DNA of 64,000 nucleotides. Source: Lachnospiraceae bacterium (lineage in GTDB: Bacteria; Bacillota; Clostridia; Lachnospirales; Lachnospiraceae). The DNA lies in contig JAKSRS010000002.1 of NCBI GenBank assembly GCA_024403515.1, forward strand, positions 22,388 to 86,387, in the 5' to 3' direction. The position numbers and the translations under genes were made by a program. The notes under the pieces are model-generated. The model was not told where the DNA came from. It saw only the letters and a program-made list of their open reading frames with translations, and searched no databases. Positions 1 to 11,417 of the stretch are shown here, one piece after another (the stretch's first letter is position 1; the number at the start of each line of letters is the position of its first letter).

Positions 1-1330
<1,330 letters not shown>

Positions 1331-1397
1331 TACTAGTAAAAATCTTTTTAAGTGAAGGATTTTTGTTTATTAAAATCAGGCCTATATTGTATAATTG

Positions 1398-1437
1398 TCT
1401 CGAAATCGGGTAATACTGCCCGGTTTCGGGATTTTTA
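1398..1437 (+). other. 13-bp RNA hairpin with T-tract between the esterase and aldo/keto reductase genes
   Basis: tctcgaaatcggg-taatactg-cccggtttcggga (two G-U pairs), followed by tttttatt. Confidence 0.55.
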
Positions 1438-1455
1438 TTATGTAAGGAGAAAACG

Positions 1456-2577
1456 ATGAATAAGAAACTTGGATTTGGTTTAATGAGACTTCCTATGCTC
1501 GATAACGGCAAGGTTAACTTTGATGAATTCAATAAAATGGTTGATGAGTACCTTGAAAGAGGATTTACATACTTTGATACAGCTTTAATGTACTGCGATG
1601 GACAGAGTGAGGCTGCAGTTAAAAAGGGTATTGTTGAACGTCATCCTAGAGAGAGTTTTACAATTACCACAAAGATGCACAGCGGATACTTTAAAAATCC
1701 TGAGGAGATGGAGAAGGTTTTTGAAGGTCAGCTCGAAAGAACGGGAGCAGGATATTTTGATTACTATCTTGTTCATGATGTTAACTCTCACAGTTACCCT
1801 CACTACACTAAGTGTGGAACCTTTGAATGGCTTAAGGATAAAAAGGACAAAGGACTTGTTAAGTGCATGGGATTTTCTTTCCATGATGGTCCCGAACTTT
1901 TAGACCAGGTATTAACAGAGCATCCTGAAGCTGAATTTGTACAGCTTCAGATTAACTATCTAGACTGGAACAGTGTATCTGTTCGTTCAAGAGAGTGTTA
2001 CGAAGTTGCCGTTAAGCACGGCAAGAAGGTTATTGTAATGGAACCTGTAAAGGGTGGAACACTTGCAAATGTTCCCGCTGAAGTATCCAAGTTGTTTAAG
2101 GATAAAGATCCTAACGCATCAATTCCTTCATGGGCAATTAGATTTGCGGCTACTCCTGAAAATGTAATGCTTGTACTTAGCGGAATGAGTAATCTTGAAC
2201 AGTTAAGAGACAACACAGGTTACATGCAGGACTTCAAGCCTCTAACTGATGAAGAATTTGCTATGGCACTTGAAGCTGCCAAGATTATAAATAAAGAAAT
2301 TGCAATCCCTTGTACCGGATGTTCTTACTGTACAGGTGGCTGTCCTGTTGGAATGCCTATACCTACTTTCTTTTCACTTTACAATACTGATAAGAAGGAC
2401 ATTAATGCCAAGAACTGGACACCTCAGCAGGAATTGTACTTTAACGTAGCCAAGACAAGCTGCAAGGCGTCTGACTGTATCAAGTGCGGTATGTGTGAAG
2501 GTATCTGCCCTCAGAGCCTTAAAATCCGAGACTTACTTGATGAAGTTGCCAACTACTTTGAAGTAGAAAACGCATAA
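1456..2577 (+). CDS. Aldo/keto reductase with C-terminal 4Fe-4S dicluster domain
   Basis: LGFGLMRLP, YFDTA, TTK and GFSFH AKR motifs; C-terminal CTGCSYC...CP and CIKCGMCEGICP; AAGGAG RBS. Confidence 0.9.
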   Translation: MNKKLGFGLMRLPMLDNGKVNFDEFNKMVDEYLERGFTYFDTALMYCDGQSEAAVKKGIVERHPRESFTITTKMHSGYFKNPEEMEKVFEGQLERTGAGYFDYYLVHDVNSHSYPHYTKCGTFEWLKDKKDKGLVKCMGFSFHDGPELLDQVLTEHPEAEFVQLQINYLDWNSVSVRSRECYEVAVKHGKKVIVMEPVKGGTLANVPAEVSKLFKDKDPNASIPSWAIRFAATPENVMLVLSGMSNLEQLRDNTGYMQDFKPLTDEEFAMALEAAKIINKEIAIPCTGCSYCTGGCPVGMPIPTFFSLYNTDKKDINAKNWTPQQELYFNVAKTSCKASDCIKCGMCEGICPQSLKIRDLLDEVANYFEVENA

Positions 2578-2588
2578 TAGGAAAGATT

Positions 2589-2628
2589 AATTTACTACCT
2601 AAAAATGATAAATTTTAGGTAGTAAATT
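2589..2628. terminator. Bidirectional intrinsic terminator
   Basis: aatttactacctaaaa/ttttaggtagtaaatt inverted repeat between convergent genes. Confidence 0.8.
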
Positions 2629-2640
2629 TTTTTATTTTCA

Positions 2641-2937
2641 CTATTTTTTAATTTTAGCTGTATCTTCTTCAACGGTAAACTTAATCCTTTTCTTAATGTC
2701 GTCGCTGAATTTTCTAAGCAGAAAGCTTATGCATATAGCTATAATTGATACTGTAAGAGCTGTATAGAATTTAGGCCTGAAGATTGCGGCAAACTCATGA
2801 ACATCAAATATTTCCATAGAGTAGAGGTGGAAATTCCAATAAATCCAATATATAGTAGCGGCCAATGCAATAATCCACATGCAGATTCGGGCCATAAATA
2901 ATTTCTTTACTTTCTTTAATAAAGCTACCTTATCCAT
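2641..2937 (-). CDS. Small two-TM membrane protein (98 aa), unknown function
   Basis: Start moved to MDKVALLKK (ATG at 2937, GAAAGGA RBS); two hydrophobic stretches. Confidence 0.65.
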   Translation of the reverse strand: MDKVALLKKVKKLFMARICMWIIALAATIYWIYWNFHLYSMEIFDVHEFAAIFRPKFYTALTVSIIAICISFLLRKFSDDIKKRIKFTVEEDTAKIKK

Positions 2938-3043
2938 AAAAAATCCTTTCAGTAATATATGAAAATGAATATATATATACAACTTCGTATTAATATTATA
3001 TGCTAGAATCAAAAGAAAATAAATGAAGATGTGAGGCATCGGT

Positions 3044-4186
3044 ATGAATTTCACTAAAATTTCACAGTATCTTGATTCACTCGAGGAAATGGGTATTCCT
3101 TCAGTTGACTGTATTATTTATAAGGACCACGAACAGGTCTATAGGCATATGAATGGAACTGTAGATGAAAAAAGAACAGTTCCTGTAACTGAGAAGCAGC
3201 AGTATCTTATGTTTTCCATGACTAAAATTCAGACAATGACAGCTATCATGCAGCTTGTGGAGAAAGGCCTTATTTCTTTGGAAGACGAAGTTGGGGATTA
3301 TCTTCCTGCATACAAAAATCTGATGGTTAAAGAAACCATTGATGGTAAAGAAGTGGTAAGACCTGCGAAGACTCCGCTTAAACTTAAATACCTTCTTTCG
3401 ATGCAGTCAGGTCTTGATTATGATCTTGAGCGTCCGGGGATTAAGCGAGTTTTACAGGAAAAGGGAATGAAGGCAACTACAAGAGAACTTGTTGATGCTT
3501 TTGTTGAATCACCTTTACTTTTTGATCCCGGCACACGTTTTAATTATAGTTTAAGCCACGATGTTGCTGCTGCGATTATTGAAGTAGTAGCAGGAATGTC
3601 ATTTTCAGAATACTTAAAGAAGAATATCTGGGAACCTTTAAAGATGACCAGAACCTTCTTTGCCAAGCCTATGAATGACAATGTTGAAAATCTTGCCAAG
3701 CAGTTTATCTATAATGACCCTGATGGTTCAATTACACCTATGGAATCATCCTGCTGCTATCAGCTTTCAGACTGCTATGAAAGTGGCGGCGCAGGACTTA
3801 TAAGCTGTACAGAAGATTATTCACTTTTAGGAGAGGCCCTTGCAAACGGCGGAATCTCCAAGGATGGAGTTAGAATATTAAAGCCTGAGACGATTGAGAT
3901 AATAAAAGAAAATCTTCTTGGCGAAGAGTCTTTAAAAGATATTGCCAACAACATGGGACGTCCACAGTACGGATATGGCTGCGGTATGCAGGTATTTATG
4001 AAACCTGAACTTAGTAATTCGCCTGCACCGGTTGGTGTATTTGGCTGGGACGGAGCAGCCGGAAGCTGCCTTATAATGGACACCAAGAACAAGGTTTCAC
4101 TTACATTTACAATGCACGTAAGAGGTTGCGGCCCTGCTTACGGGGTTATCCATCCCAAGTTACGCGATATGCTTTTTGAGGACTAA
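3044..4186 (+). CDS. Serine hydrolase, beta-lactamase/class C esterase family
   Basis: FSMTK (SxxK), LLSMQSGL, FNYSLSHD (YxH-type), FGWDGAAG. Confidence 0.85.
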   Translation: MNFTKISQYLDSLEEMGIPSVDCIIYKDHEQVYRHMNGTVDEKRTVPVTEKQQYLMFSMTKIQTMTAIMQLVEKGLISLEDEVGDYLPAYKNLMVKETIDGKEVVRPAKTPLKLKYLLSMQSGLDYDLERPGIKRVLQEKGMKATTRELVDAFVESPLLFDPGTRFNYSLSHDVAAAIIEVVAGMSFSEYLKKNIWEPLKMTRTFFAKPMNDNVENLAKQFIYNDPDGSITPMESSCCYQLSDCYESGGAGLISCTEDYSLLGEALANGGISKDGVRILKPETIEIIKENLLGEESLKDIANNMGRPQYGYGCGMQVFMKPELSNSPAPVGVFGWDGAAGSCLIMDTKNKVSLTFTMHVRGCGPAYGVIHPKLRDMLFED

Positions 4187-4196
4187 TGACTATGAT

Positions 4197-4236
4197 ATAA
4201 AAACAACCAAAGCCTGATGACCTTGGTTGTTTTTAT
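4197..4236. terminator. Bidirectional intrinsic terminator
   Basis: ataaaaacaaccaa/ttggttgtttttat inverted repeat between convergent genes. Confidence 0.8.
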
Positions 4237-5558
4237 TACAGTTTTGAAATTTTAAGTGGTTTGGTCTTAAAGTAGTAAATCGTAAAGATTGTAGATGACA
4301 TAGTCCATGTGATGGGGTAAGCCCAGTAGATAGTTCTAATCGTATGGAAAATGTTAACTGCAATCGTGATATATGTGATTCTAAATAAGCACCAACAGCC
4401 GAGCATTACAAACATTGGAACACTTGTCTTGCCGGCACCTCGGATAATTGATGCCATACAGTGCGAGTAGGCAAGCATGAAATAAAATAAACTTTCAGTT
4501 GCTACCTGAAGCTTACCGAAGGCAAGAACCTCAGGATCTTTACTAAACATCATTAAAAATACCGGTGCTCCGATAAAAAGAATGACACCTATAAGTTCTG
4601 AGCAGGTTGCTCCAAACAAAACACCGAAGCGGGCACCTTTTTGGGCACGCTTGGGATTACCGGCACCGAGGTTCTGGCTGGTGAAAGTAGTAAGAGCACT
4701 ACAAAAACTGTTGATAGGAAGGAAAGCAAAGCCTTCAAGCTTGGCATAGCTTCCTGAACCCGCCATGGCAATTGAACCAAAGGCGTTAATGTTGGACTGA
4801 ACGATTACATTGGCAATAGCAATAACTGAGTTTTGGATTCCTGAAGGAATACCAATTTTAAGTTCCTGTTTGAGAACTTCCCAGTCGATTTTAATCTTTT
4901 TAAGTTCAACGCGATGATAGCCATCAATTCTTGTAAGCTTAAAGAAAGCAAGCGAGGCTGAAAGATACTGTGCAATAACAGTTGCAGCAGCAGCGCCACC
5001 GATACCAAGACCAAGAACGATAACAAACAAAATATCAAGGATGGTATTTATAATCGTACTTGCGATCAGGTAGTAAAGTGGATGCTTACTATCGCCTACA
5101 GCCTGGTATATACCGCAACAGGTATTGTACATAACATTTCCAAGTCCGCCCATAAAGAAAATTCTTAAATAAAGGACTGAATTGGGATAAACGTCCAGTG
5201 GAGTACCCATCCATCTTAAGATTACAGGGGCTCCGAAGACACCAACAAATGTCATGAAGATACCTGATAGTAATCCAAAGCCAATAGCAGTGTGAACAGC
5301 AGTATGTACCCTATTATAATCTTTGGCACCGAAACGGTTACTAATAATAACACCGGCTCCCATAAAGAGACCGTTAATAAAACCTACAACTAAGAAGATA
5401 AGACTACCGGATGAACTTACGGCAGCTAAGGCTTCTTTACCTAATGTATTACCAACAACTATAGAATCGACTACATTATATAATTGCTGCAAAAGCTGTC
5501 CTAAGAAGACCGGAAGTGCAAAAAGTAGGATTTTTTTGGAGATTGAACCCTCTGTCAT
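4236..5558 (-). CDS. MATE family efflux transporter
   Basis: LLQQLYNVVDSIVVG, GDSKHPLYYL, LNTILD and IPSGIQ MATE motifs; about 12 TM segments. Confidence 0.92.
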   Translation of the reverse strand: MTEGSISKKILLFALPVFLGQLLQQLYNVVDSIVVGNTLGKEALAAVSSSGSLIFLVVGFINGLFMGAGVIISNRFGAKDYNRVHTAVHTAIGFGLLSGIFMTFVGVFGAPVILRWMGTPLDVYPNSVLYLRIFFMGGLGNVMYNTCCGIYQAVGDSKHPLYYLIASTIINTILDILFVIVLGLGIGGAAAATVIAQYLSASLAFFKLTRIDGYHRVELKKIKIDWEVLKQELKIGIPSGIQNSVIAIANVIVQSNINAFGSIAMAGSGSYAKLEGFAFLPINSFCSALTTFTSQNLGAGNPKRAQKGARFGVLFGATCSELIGVILFIGAPVFLMMFSKDPEVLAFGKLQVATESLFYFMLAYSHCMASIIRGAGKTSVPMFVMLGCWCLFRITYITIAVNIFHTIRTIYWAYPITWTMSSTIFTIYYFKTKPLKISKL

Positions 5559-5696
5559 ACCTATTACCTCCGCCTAGTGGCACAGTTTATCATAAGAATA
5601 TTAAAAATTCAATGTTAATTATCGTTTTATCACTTGTTAATACTGCGTTACATGGTGTATTGTATTATACAGATACGAAATGAAGGAGGAGCGAAA

Positions 5697-5909
5697 ATGG
5701 CAGTATCTTATAACAAATTGTGGAAATTACTTATCGACAGGAAAATGTCTAAGGCAGATTTGAGACATGAGGCTGATATCGCACCTAATACTATGACAAA
5801 ACTGAATAAGGAGCAGTCTGTATCTTTGGATGTCCTTTGTAGAGTTTGTGAAGTATTAGATGCAGATTTTGCTGATATTATCGAATACATTCCTGACAAA
5901 AGAAGATAA
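5697..5909 (+). CDS. Small XRE/Cro-like HTH regulator (HTH_26 type, 70 aa)
   Basis: MAVSYNKLWKLLIDRKM...VSLDVLCRVCEVLDADFADIIEY; GGAGG RBS before ATG 5697. Confidence 0.88.
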   Translation: MAVSYNKLWKLLIDRKMSKADLRHEADIAPNTMTKLNKEQSVSLDVLCRVCEVLDADFADIIEYIPDKRR

Positions 5910-5966
5910 TTAAAAAGAATCATAGTTCACCACAGGTGTACTATGCCCAAAACTGAATTATCGATC

Positions 5967-5997
5967 AAAACACCGTGAGCAATCACGGTGTTTTTTT
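5967..5997 (+). terminator. Intrinsic terminator
   Basis: aaaacaccgtga-gcaa-tcacggtg followed by T7. Confidence 0.8.
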
Positions 5998-6406
5998 GTG
6001 GCATCGTATCGAGAATTATTCATAAAGGAATAAGTGCGCATAGTGTATTTGGAAAAACACATACTGTTGTCGCATTGTTACTTGGAGAAACAAGATCCGT
6101 TCGTATATCCATTCTCATCTGCAGTTGATATAAATTAGAGCCGTATTTTATCTTGAGTTGAAATATAAATATTAGATGATGATTGGCCGATAAAGATAAT
6201 AAGGGTATTTTTATTTTTTAATTTGCCTATTGAAGTTAATTAAATAGAAATAAGCAATGAATATTTTGACTTAGAAATCTGTTGCGTGGATATGTAATGT
6301 CGAGTGCTAGTGGAACTGAATAGTGCTTGAAGATTAGAGGATAAGAAATTTGTGAACCGTAATCAGTAAACTATCAAAAGGGAAGGGACAGAAACAATAA
6401 CAATAC

Positions 6407-6817
6407 ATGGAGAGTAAATATAACATAATAAAGGAAGGACGAGGCATATTTGTTGATATCAAAAATAAGTATTGCCTGAATGAAAACGATTATATCATTC
6501 TATTTCCGGATGACATGGATGAACTGAGTAATATGGTTATTGACAATATTGAAGTGTTAAAGAGAAAAAAATATGTAAAGAGGTTCTTTTTTGTATGTTG
6601 CGATCAGACTAATCTTCATGTTGAGAAAAGAAACGACACAATTTGGATATGTTGCTCTCAAAAAGAACTGGATGCGTTGATGGCATATTATACGCTTGTC
6701 GATTTTTTTTCAAATATTATAGTCGCTTCTTATGACATGCCTTTTGGATCAAAAGGTATCATAGGGAAGAATGGGATTTCATTGAGAGATTACGTTGTAG
6801 ACGTTTTGTTTGTGTAG
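6407..6817 (+). CDS. Hypothetical protein (136 aa), small partner of module copy 1
   Basis: C-terminal half resembles the ORFs at 8119 and 18404; 7 nt upstream of the large paralog. Confidence 0.7.
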   Translation: MESKYNIIKEGRGIFVDIKNKYCLNENDYIILFPDDMDELSNMVIDNIEVLKRKKYVKRFFFVCCDQTNLHVEKRNDTIWICCSQKELDALMAYYTLVDFFSNIIVASYDMPFGSKGIIGKNGISLRDYVVDVLFV

Positions 6818-6824
6818 GTAGGAT

Positions 6825-8117
6825 ATGTTAGTAAATGAAAAGGACAAAGAAACTATAAATTCATTAATCCATAATAGAAGAAAGTTTTTTTTAGATAAAA
6901 AAACTATTATTTTTGGATGTACACCATATGCGAGAGATATTTATCAGGCACTAGATGAGCATGACATAGGTCTTTCGTTGATAATAGATAACAATCCTAA
7001 AAAAGCGGGAAGTGGAAAACTCTGCATGGGGATTCCTACAAAAAATCCGAATGATTTAAACGATGATGAAATAAGGAACGGGATATATATTATTTGTTCA
7101 AAGTATCACTTAGAAATGACATCTCAACTAATAGAGTTGGGAGTCAATGAGAACAATATTTTATGTATTCATGTGGGTGAAAGTAAAAAACTGTTTGAAG
7201 ATGATATAGAAAAAATGGAGTCGGCATGGGAGGAAGTTTGCTTAGGTAGGAATCTTGTTGATAAATGGAAAAGAGAATATGGTAGAGATTTTTTTTTCTT
7301 TTTGTTGCCTTATCCTGGAACCGGAGATGCATATATGGCATGCAGATATTTGCCATACTTTCTAGAACAGAACAAAATTGAAAACATCATGCTAGTAGCG
7401 ACTAGTAACAATAGTTTGAAGGTTGTCAAACTATTTGGATATGATACCTTGCTTGTTTCACATGAAGAAATGTCGATAGTATTACGTTCGTGGGAAGTTT
7501 TTGAAGACTTGAGGGCGTTCGTTAAACCACTTCTCCACTGGGGATGGAGAACGAAACGCTTTATAAGTTCAGATAATCATCCACAAATTACATTTAACGA
7601 AATGTTTTTGTATGATACCTATGCTTTTGACAGGCCACATGAAGGGTATCTGCCCAAACAGGCTAAGACAGGTAGTTGGGTTGGTTGTTTTGCCAGTCAT
7701 GGCTTGAAGCAGGGAAAGACAGTTATTTTCGCACCATATGCGGGGTCTTTTACTTACAATATCTCTGCACAAGATATGGAAAATGTGGTTATTTTCTTAA
7801 AAAACAAGGGATACGATGTATGTACTAACTGTTTTGGAAAAGAAAAGCCTATTAGAGGAACTGTGCCTATTTGTTTTCCGTATGAGGAGGCAATAGGATA
7901 TGTGGAATATGCAGGTGTGTTCGTGGGTGTACGCAGTGGATTGTGTGACATAATAAGCTCCGCAAGGGCAAAAAAGATAATTATTTATGAGAGCGGATTT
8001 AATGCGACGAGCATCGATTACTTTGGGTTAGTAAATATGGGATTATGCGAGGATGCAATCGAGATAGTGTATGACAATTTCGACAAATTTGTAAGTGATA
8101 TTGAAAATGAGGTGTGA
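6825..8117 (+). CDS. GT-B fold (GT9-like) putative glycosyltransferase with N-terminal Rossmann-like domain, copy 1
   Basis: IIFG..IIDNNPKK N-domain; PYPGTGDAY, VIFAPYAGS, GYDVCTN, FVGVRSGLCDII. Confidence 0.65.
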   Translation: MLVNEKDKETINSLIHNRRKFFLDKKTIIFGCTPYARDIYQALDEHDIGLSLIIDNNPKKAGSGKLCMGIPTKNPNDLNDDEIRNGIYIICSKYHLEMTSQLIELGVNENNILCIHVGESKKLFEDDIEKMESAWEEVCLGRNLVDKWKREYGRDFFFFLLPYPGTGDAYMACRYLPYFLEQNKIENIMLVATSNNSLKVVKLFGYDTLLVSHEEMSIVLRSWEVFEDLRAFVKPLLHWGWRTKRFISSDNHPQITFNEMFLYDTYAFDRPHEGYLPKQAKTGSWVGCFASHGLKQGKTVIFAPYAGSFTYNISAQDMENVVIFLKNKGYDVCTNCFGKEKPIRGTVPICFPYEEAIGYVEYAGVFVGVRSGLCDIISSARAKKIIIYESGFNATSIDYFGLVNMGLCEDAIEIVYDNFDKFVSDIENEV

Positions 8118-8118
8118 G

Positions 8119-8529
8119 ATGACTTTTGATATCGAGCAAGCTAATAGAGGTCTTATGACTCTGAGTTTCATATTTGCAAAATGCAATTATGGAGCAACTG
8201 ACATGATATGGATATACAAAAAAGGTGAAAGTGACGTTTTGGAAAAATGCATTGCTTTCGCTGATGAAAAAATGAAGAAGGAAAGAGCAGAAAGAATAAT
8301 ATTGCTTACAGATGACGATGAAGTAGATGTCTTTCAAGAATTCATATGCAAGGTTATGTGCAGCGAGCAAGATATCGAAGATTTGATAGCCTGGTATATG
8401 GTTGGACATCCATATAACAACATAATGATTATTTCGTTAATCTACCCTGAGGGAAGAAATGGAAGAAAATGGATTGGCAAAGGGTATTCGTTCGAATCAA
8501 TATGTAAACATGGGCTATTGAGGATATAG
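8119..8529 (+). CDS. Hypothetical protein (136 aa), small partner of module copy 2
   Basis: ATG at 8119 after a GAGGTG RBS; CSEQDIEDLIAWY...NNIMIIS...PEG...IGKG aligns with copy 1 CSQKELDALMAYY...SNIIVAS...PFG...IGKNG. Confidence 0.7.
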   Translation: MTFDIEQANRGLMTLSFIFAKCNYGATDMIWIYKKGESDVLEKCIAFADEKMKKERAERIILLTDDDEVDVFQEFICKVMCSEQDIEDLIAWYMVGHPYNNIMIISLIYPEGRNGRKWIGKGYSFESICKHGLLRI

Positions 8530-8531
8530 AA

Positions 8532-9800
8532 ATGAATGTAGACGACGTTTTACGAGCTGTACTAAAAAAAATTAAAAAAAGCGAGTTACTTGAGGGAAAA
8601 AGTATTGTTATATTTGGCGTAAATAATTACTTGCCGATAATACTTAATGATCTTTATAAATACAGTATTATTGGAATATTTGATAACTCAGTTAGCAAGC
8701 AAGGCAAATATTGGGATTATAAAGTAATAGCGCCTACTGCAGAAAATATAGATGTTGATAATACAGTTGTTTTGATTGCAAGCAAATATTATGAACAGAT
8801 GAAAGAACAGCTTTTGTCCCTTGGGTACAAAATGAAAAACATCATCCAATTGCTGAATTTTATATATGTTAACTGGTTGGTATACGACTTCAATACGTCA
8901 ACAACTAGATATTATTTAGGGAAAAGTATTTATGACAAATACAAAGACGAGAACAAAATCCTATTGTTTCCAAGTAAGTCTTTGGGTGATGCGTATTTGC
9001 CACTAAGATACATGAATATTGATAACTATGTAGATTACAAAGTTTTAGTGTGTTCAGGTGTCATTAAAAGAATGCTATCCGCTGTTGGATTTTACAATGT
9101 AGATGTTTTGGCGGAGGATGAAATACTATGTCTGCAAAGATATTATGCTTTGCATAGAGCGGAAATTGAGAATATATGCTATGTTCACCCTGTTTTGAGA
9201 GATGGAAGACTAATTGATATTGACTTAGAAGTCATGGTTTCTAAAGAACATGCATTCTGGGAGTATTATGGAGATGTTGTCTTAAACAATCATATATTTC
9301 TTCCTTCGAAAGAAGAAATCAGTTTTAATGCAGATAAGAAGCGTGTAGAGAAACTATTTTCAGATCTTTCGTTGATACCAAATAAGACTGTAGTATTAGC
9401 TCCCTATGCAAAATCTTTAAGAGAATTTCCTATTTGTTTTTGGGTTAAACTCAGTGAGGAGCTAAAAAAGAGAGGTTATTCTGTATGCACAAATATTTCG
9501 GGGGATGAGGCGCCAATAGAGGGAACGATACCTTTGAACTGCAAAATCGAGGATTTTAAAGAAATAATGAAAATGGCTGGAAATGCGGTTTTCATTAGAT
9601 GCGGCTTGTGTGACATTATATCGGATATAAATGTAAAGAAAGTAGCAATTTATAGAGAACGGCCTTTTCCATATGGCCTTTGCAGCTTCTTCGAAATAAA
9701 CGATATGCGGAAAGGCCATGTTGATGATGATGTGGTTCAACTATTGTTTGACGAAGAATGTTATGAGAACACTATAAATGAAATATTGACAAATTTTTGA
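8532..9800 (+). CDS. GT-B fold (GT9-like) putative glycosyltransferase, copy 2
   Basis: IVIFG..IFDNS; PSKSLGDAY, VVLAPYAKS, GYSVCTN, IRCGLCDII. Confidence 0.65.
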   Translation: MNVDDVLRAVLKKIKKSELLEGKSIVIFGVNNYLPIILNDLYKYSIIGIFDNSVSKQGKYWDYKVIAPTAENIDVDNTVVLIASKYYEQMKEQLLSLGYKMKNIIQLLNFIYVNWLVYDFNTSTTRYYLGKSIYDKYKDENKILLFPSKSLGDAYLPLRYMNIDNYVDYKVLVCSGVIKRMLSAVGFYNVDVLAEDEILCLQRYYALHRAEIENICYVHPVLRDGRLIDIDLEVMVSKEHAFWEYYGDVVLNNHIFLPSKEEISFNADKKRVEKLFSDLSLIPNKTVVLAPYAKSLREFPICFWVKLSEELKKRGYSVCTNISGDEAPIEGTIPLNCKIEDFKEIMKMAGNAVFIRCGLCDIISDINVKKVAIYRERPFPYGLCSFFEINDMRKGHVDDDVVQLLFDEECYENTINEILTNF

Positions 9801-9820
9801 TTTTTGGAGGAATAAAGAAA

Positions 9821-11416
9821 ATGATTAGTGTGATTATTCCGGTTTACAACGGTGAATTAACCTTGAAAAGAGCAATCGACTCAATTCTTAGGCAAACATA
9901 TGAAGATTTTGAATTGATTATAGTTAATGATTGTTCGACTGATAATACTGAAAGTGTATGCCAGGAGGCCGCAGAAAACGACAGCCGCATTATCGTAATA
10001 AACAATACTTCAAATGTGGGTCAAGGAGAATCGCGAAATATCGGACTAAGAAAAGCAAAAGGAGAATATATCTATTTTTGTGACTCAGATGATTACGCTG
10101 AAGATAAGATATTAGAGGTGTTGTTGGATAAAATGATGAGTGCAGATGTCGATATAACATGCTGTGACTACTGGCAATATAACTGGAGAGCAGACATTAG
10201 ACAGTATGAAAAAATACTAATCTGTAGCGAGTGTATTGATGATGACGAAATACTGACAATTGATAAACGACCGGATATGCCAGACTTTTTTCCTTGCATT
10301 ATGTGGAATAAACTTTATAAGAAGGAAGTGTTCCAAGAGATAGAATTTCCTAGAGAAAAATTATTCTTTGAGGATTTTTATGTGAATTGTATGGCTATGC
10401 TAAAAAAGTATAGATTCTTATATTCGCATCATGTTTTATACCACTATTTTGCTTCTAATGAAAATAGCAGTAATAGCAATGCTAATGTTAAAAAGATGAC
10501 TGATGACTTGAAAATAATATTTAAGCAATTAGATGAACATTTCCGAACATCAGAAAACTACGAAAGTATAGCATGCGCATTTATGAATCATGCTAGAAGG
10601 TCTTTGAAATACCATCTGTCGAAGACAGATAATACTGATAGATTGTTGAATGAGCAAGCAATTAATCGAAGTATAGAAGAGTATTTTGGACAAACATACA
10701 CCATATACAACACTGATACAAATATCTATGCATTTGGAAGTTTTAATGTTCGTCGAGTTTTACAGTTATTGCCATATAAAGCTCAGCACATTTCCTATTC
10801 AAAAATCGATAGTATGATAAAAGATACTAGCATGCTTGAGGAAGTAAAAGTAATAGGACGAAATCCTTTCCGTACGAGACTTTTAGATATAGATATCAAT
10901 CATAATATTGTGGATATATGGGGCGCAGAGAAAAAAGATGAATATTTGATTTTGGATCTTTTAGACGAGAGAATGAAAACAATTGTTTTCAATAATCGTG
11001 TTATAACGGAGAATGAGTTTTTTGACGAATATTCTTATAGAAATTGTGTCCATTATGAGGAAATAGAGAGTGGACCCGAAGAATGGAAAGAATCTGTTCA
11101 TAAATTTGCAGAATGTCTACGAACTATGTTCGACGAAAAAAAGATTATTTTGATTAAAAATAGGATGTCAAGGGGATATGGTTTCTTTAAGCAGGAATGC
11201 ACATTTAACGAAATTGATATCATCGATAGTACAAATGAGATGATAGCGGAAAAAGAACAGTTTTTGCTAGAAGAGTTGAAGGATATTCAGGTAATAGAAA
11301 TCCCGGAGAAATTGAACTATACGTACTGCAGACACAGTTTTGGAACGAGACCGTTTTACCATAATTATCGATGGTACTATTATGTTGCAGAGGAAATAAG
11401 GAAGAGGATTAATTAA
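9821..11416 (+). CDS. GT2 glycosyltransferase fused to a C-terminal DUF6270-like domain
   Basis: ISVIIPVYN, VNDCSTD, RNIGL, FCDSDD (DxD), WNKLYK; C-terminal AFGSFNVR...YLILDLLDER; GGAGG RBS before ATG 9821. Confidence 0.85.
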   Translation: MISVIIPVYNGELTLKRAIDSILRQTYEDFELIIVNDCSTDNTESVCQEAAENDSRIIVINNTSNVGQGESRNIGLRKAKGEYIYFCDSDDYAEDKILEVLLDKMMSADVDITCCDYWQYNWRADIRQYEKILICSECIDDDEILTIDKRPDMPDFFPCIMWNKLYKKEVFQEIEFPREKLFFEDFYVNCMAMLKKYRFLYSHHVLYHYFASNENSSNSNANVKKMTDDLKIIFKQLDEHFRTSENYESIACAFMNHARRSLKYHLSKTDNTDRLLNEQAINRSIEEYFGQTYTIYNTDTNIYAFGSFNVRRVLQLLPYKAQHISYSKIDSMIKDTSMLEEVKVIGRNPFRTRLLDIDINHNIVDIWGAEKKDEYLILDLLDERMKTIVFNNRVITENEFFDEYSYRNCVHYEEIESGPEEWKESVHKFAECLRTMFDEKKIILIKNRMSRGYGFFKQECTFNEIDIIDSTNEMIAEKEQFLLEELKDIQVIEIPEKLNYTYCRHSFGTRPFYHNYRWYYYVAEEIRKRIN

Positions 11417-11417
11417 T

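Noticed and set aside
3044-4186. Beta-lactam resistance gene
   Set aside because: It has SxxK and a family fold but no signal peptide and no KTG-type motif. A cytoplasmic esterase or serine hydrolase is more likely.
5910-6406. Prophage or ICE attachment site, or an ops/JUMPStart element, at the island's left edge
   Set aside because: There is no integrase, I found no matching direct repeat near 20068-20241, and there is no GGCGGTAG motif. Only a lone XRE gene hints at a mobile origin.
8095-8118. Track starts that extend into upstream genes (8095, 9797, 17669, 28298, 29403, 35821, 40148, 41289, 45101, 59643)
   Set aside because: Downstream start codons have better RBS spacing, so coordinates were trimmed accordingly.
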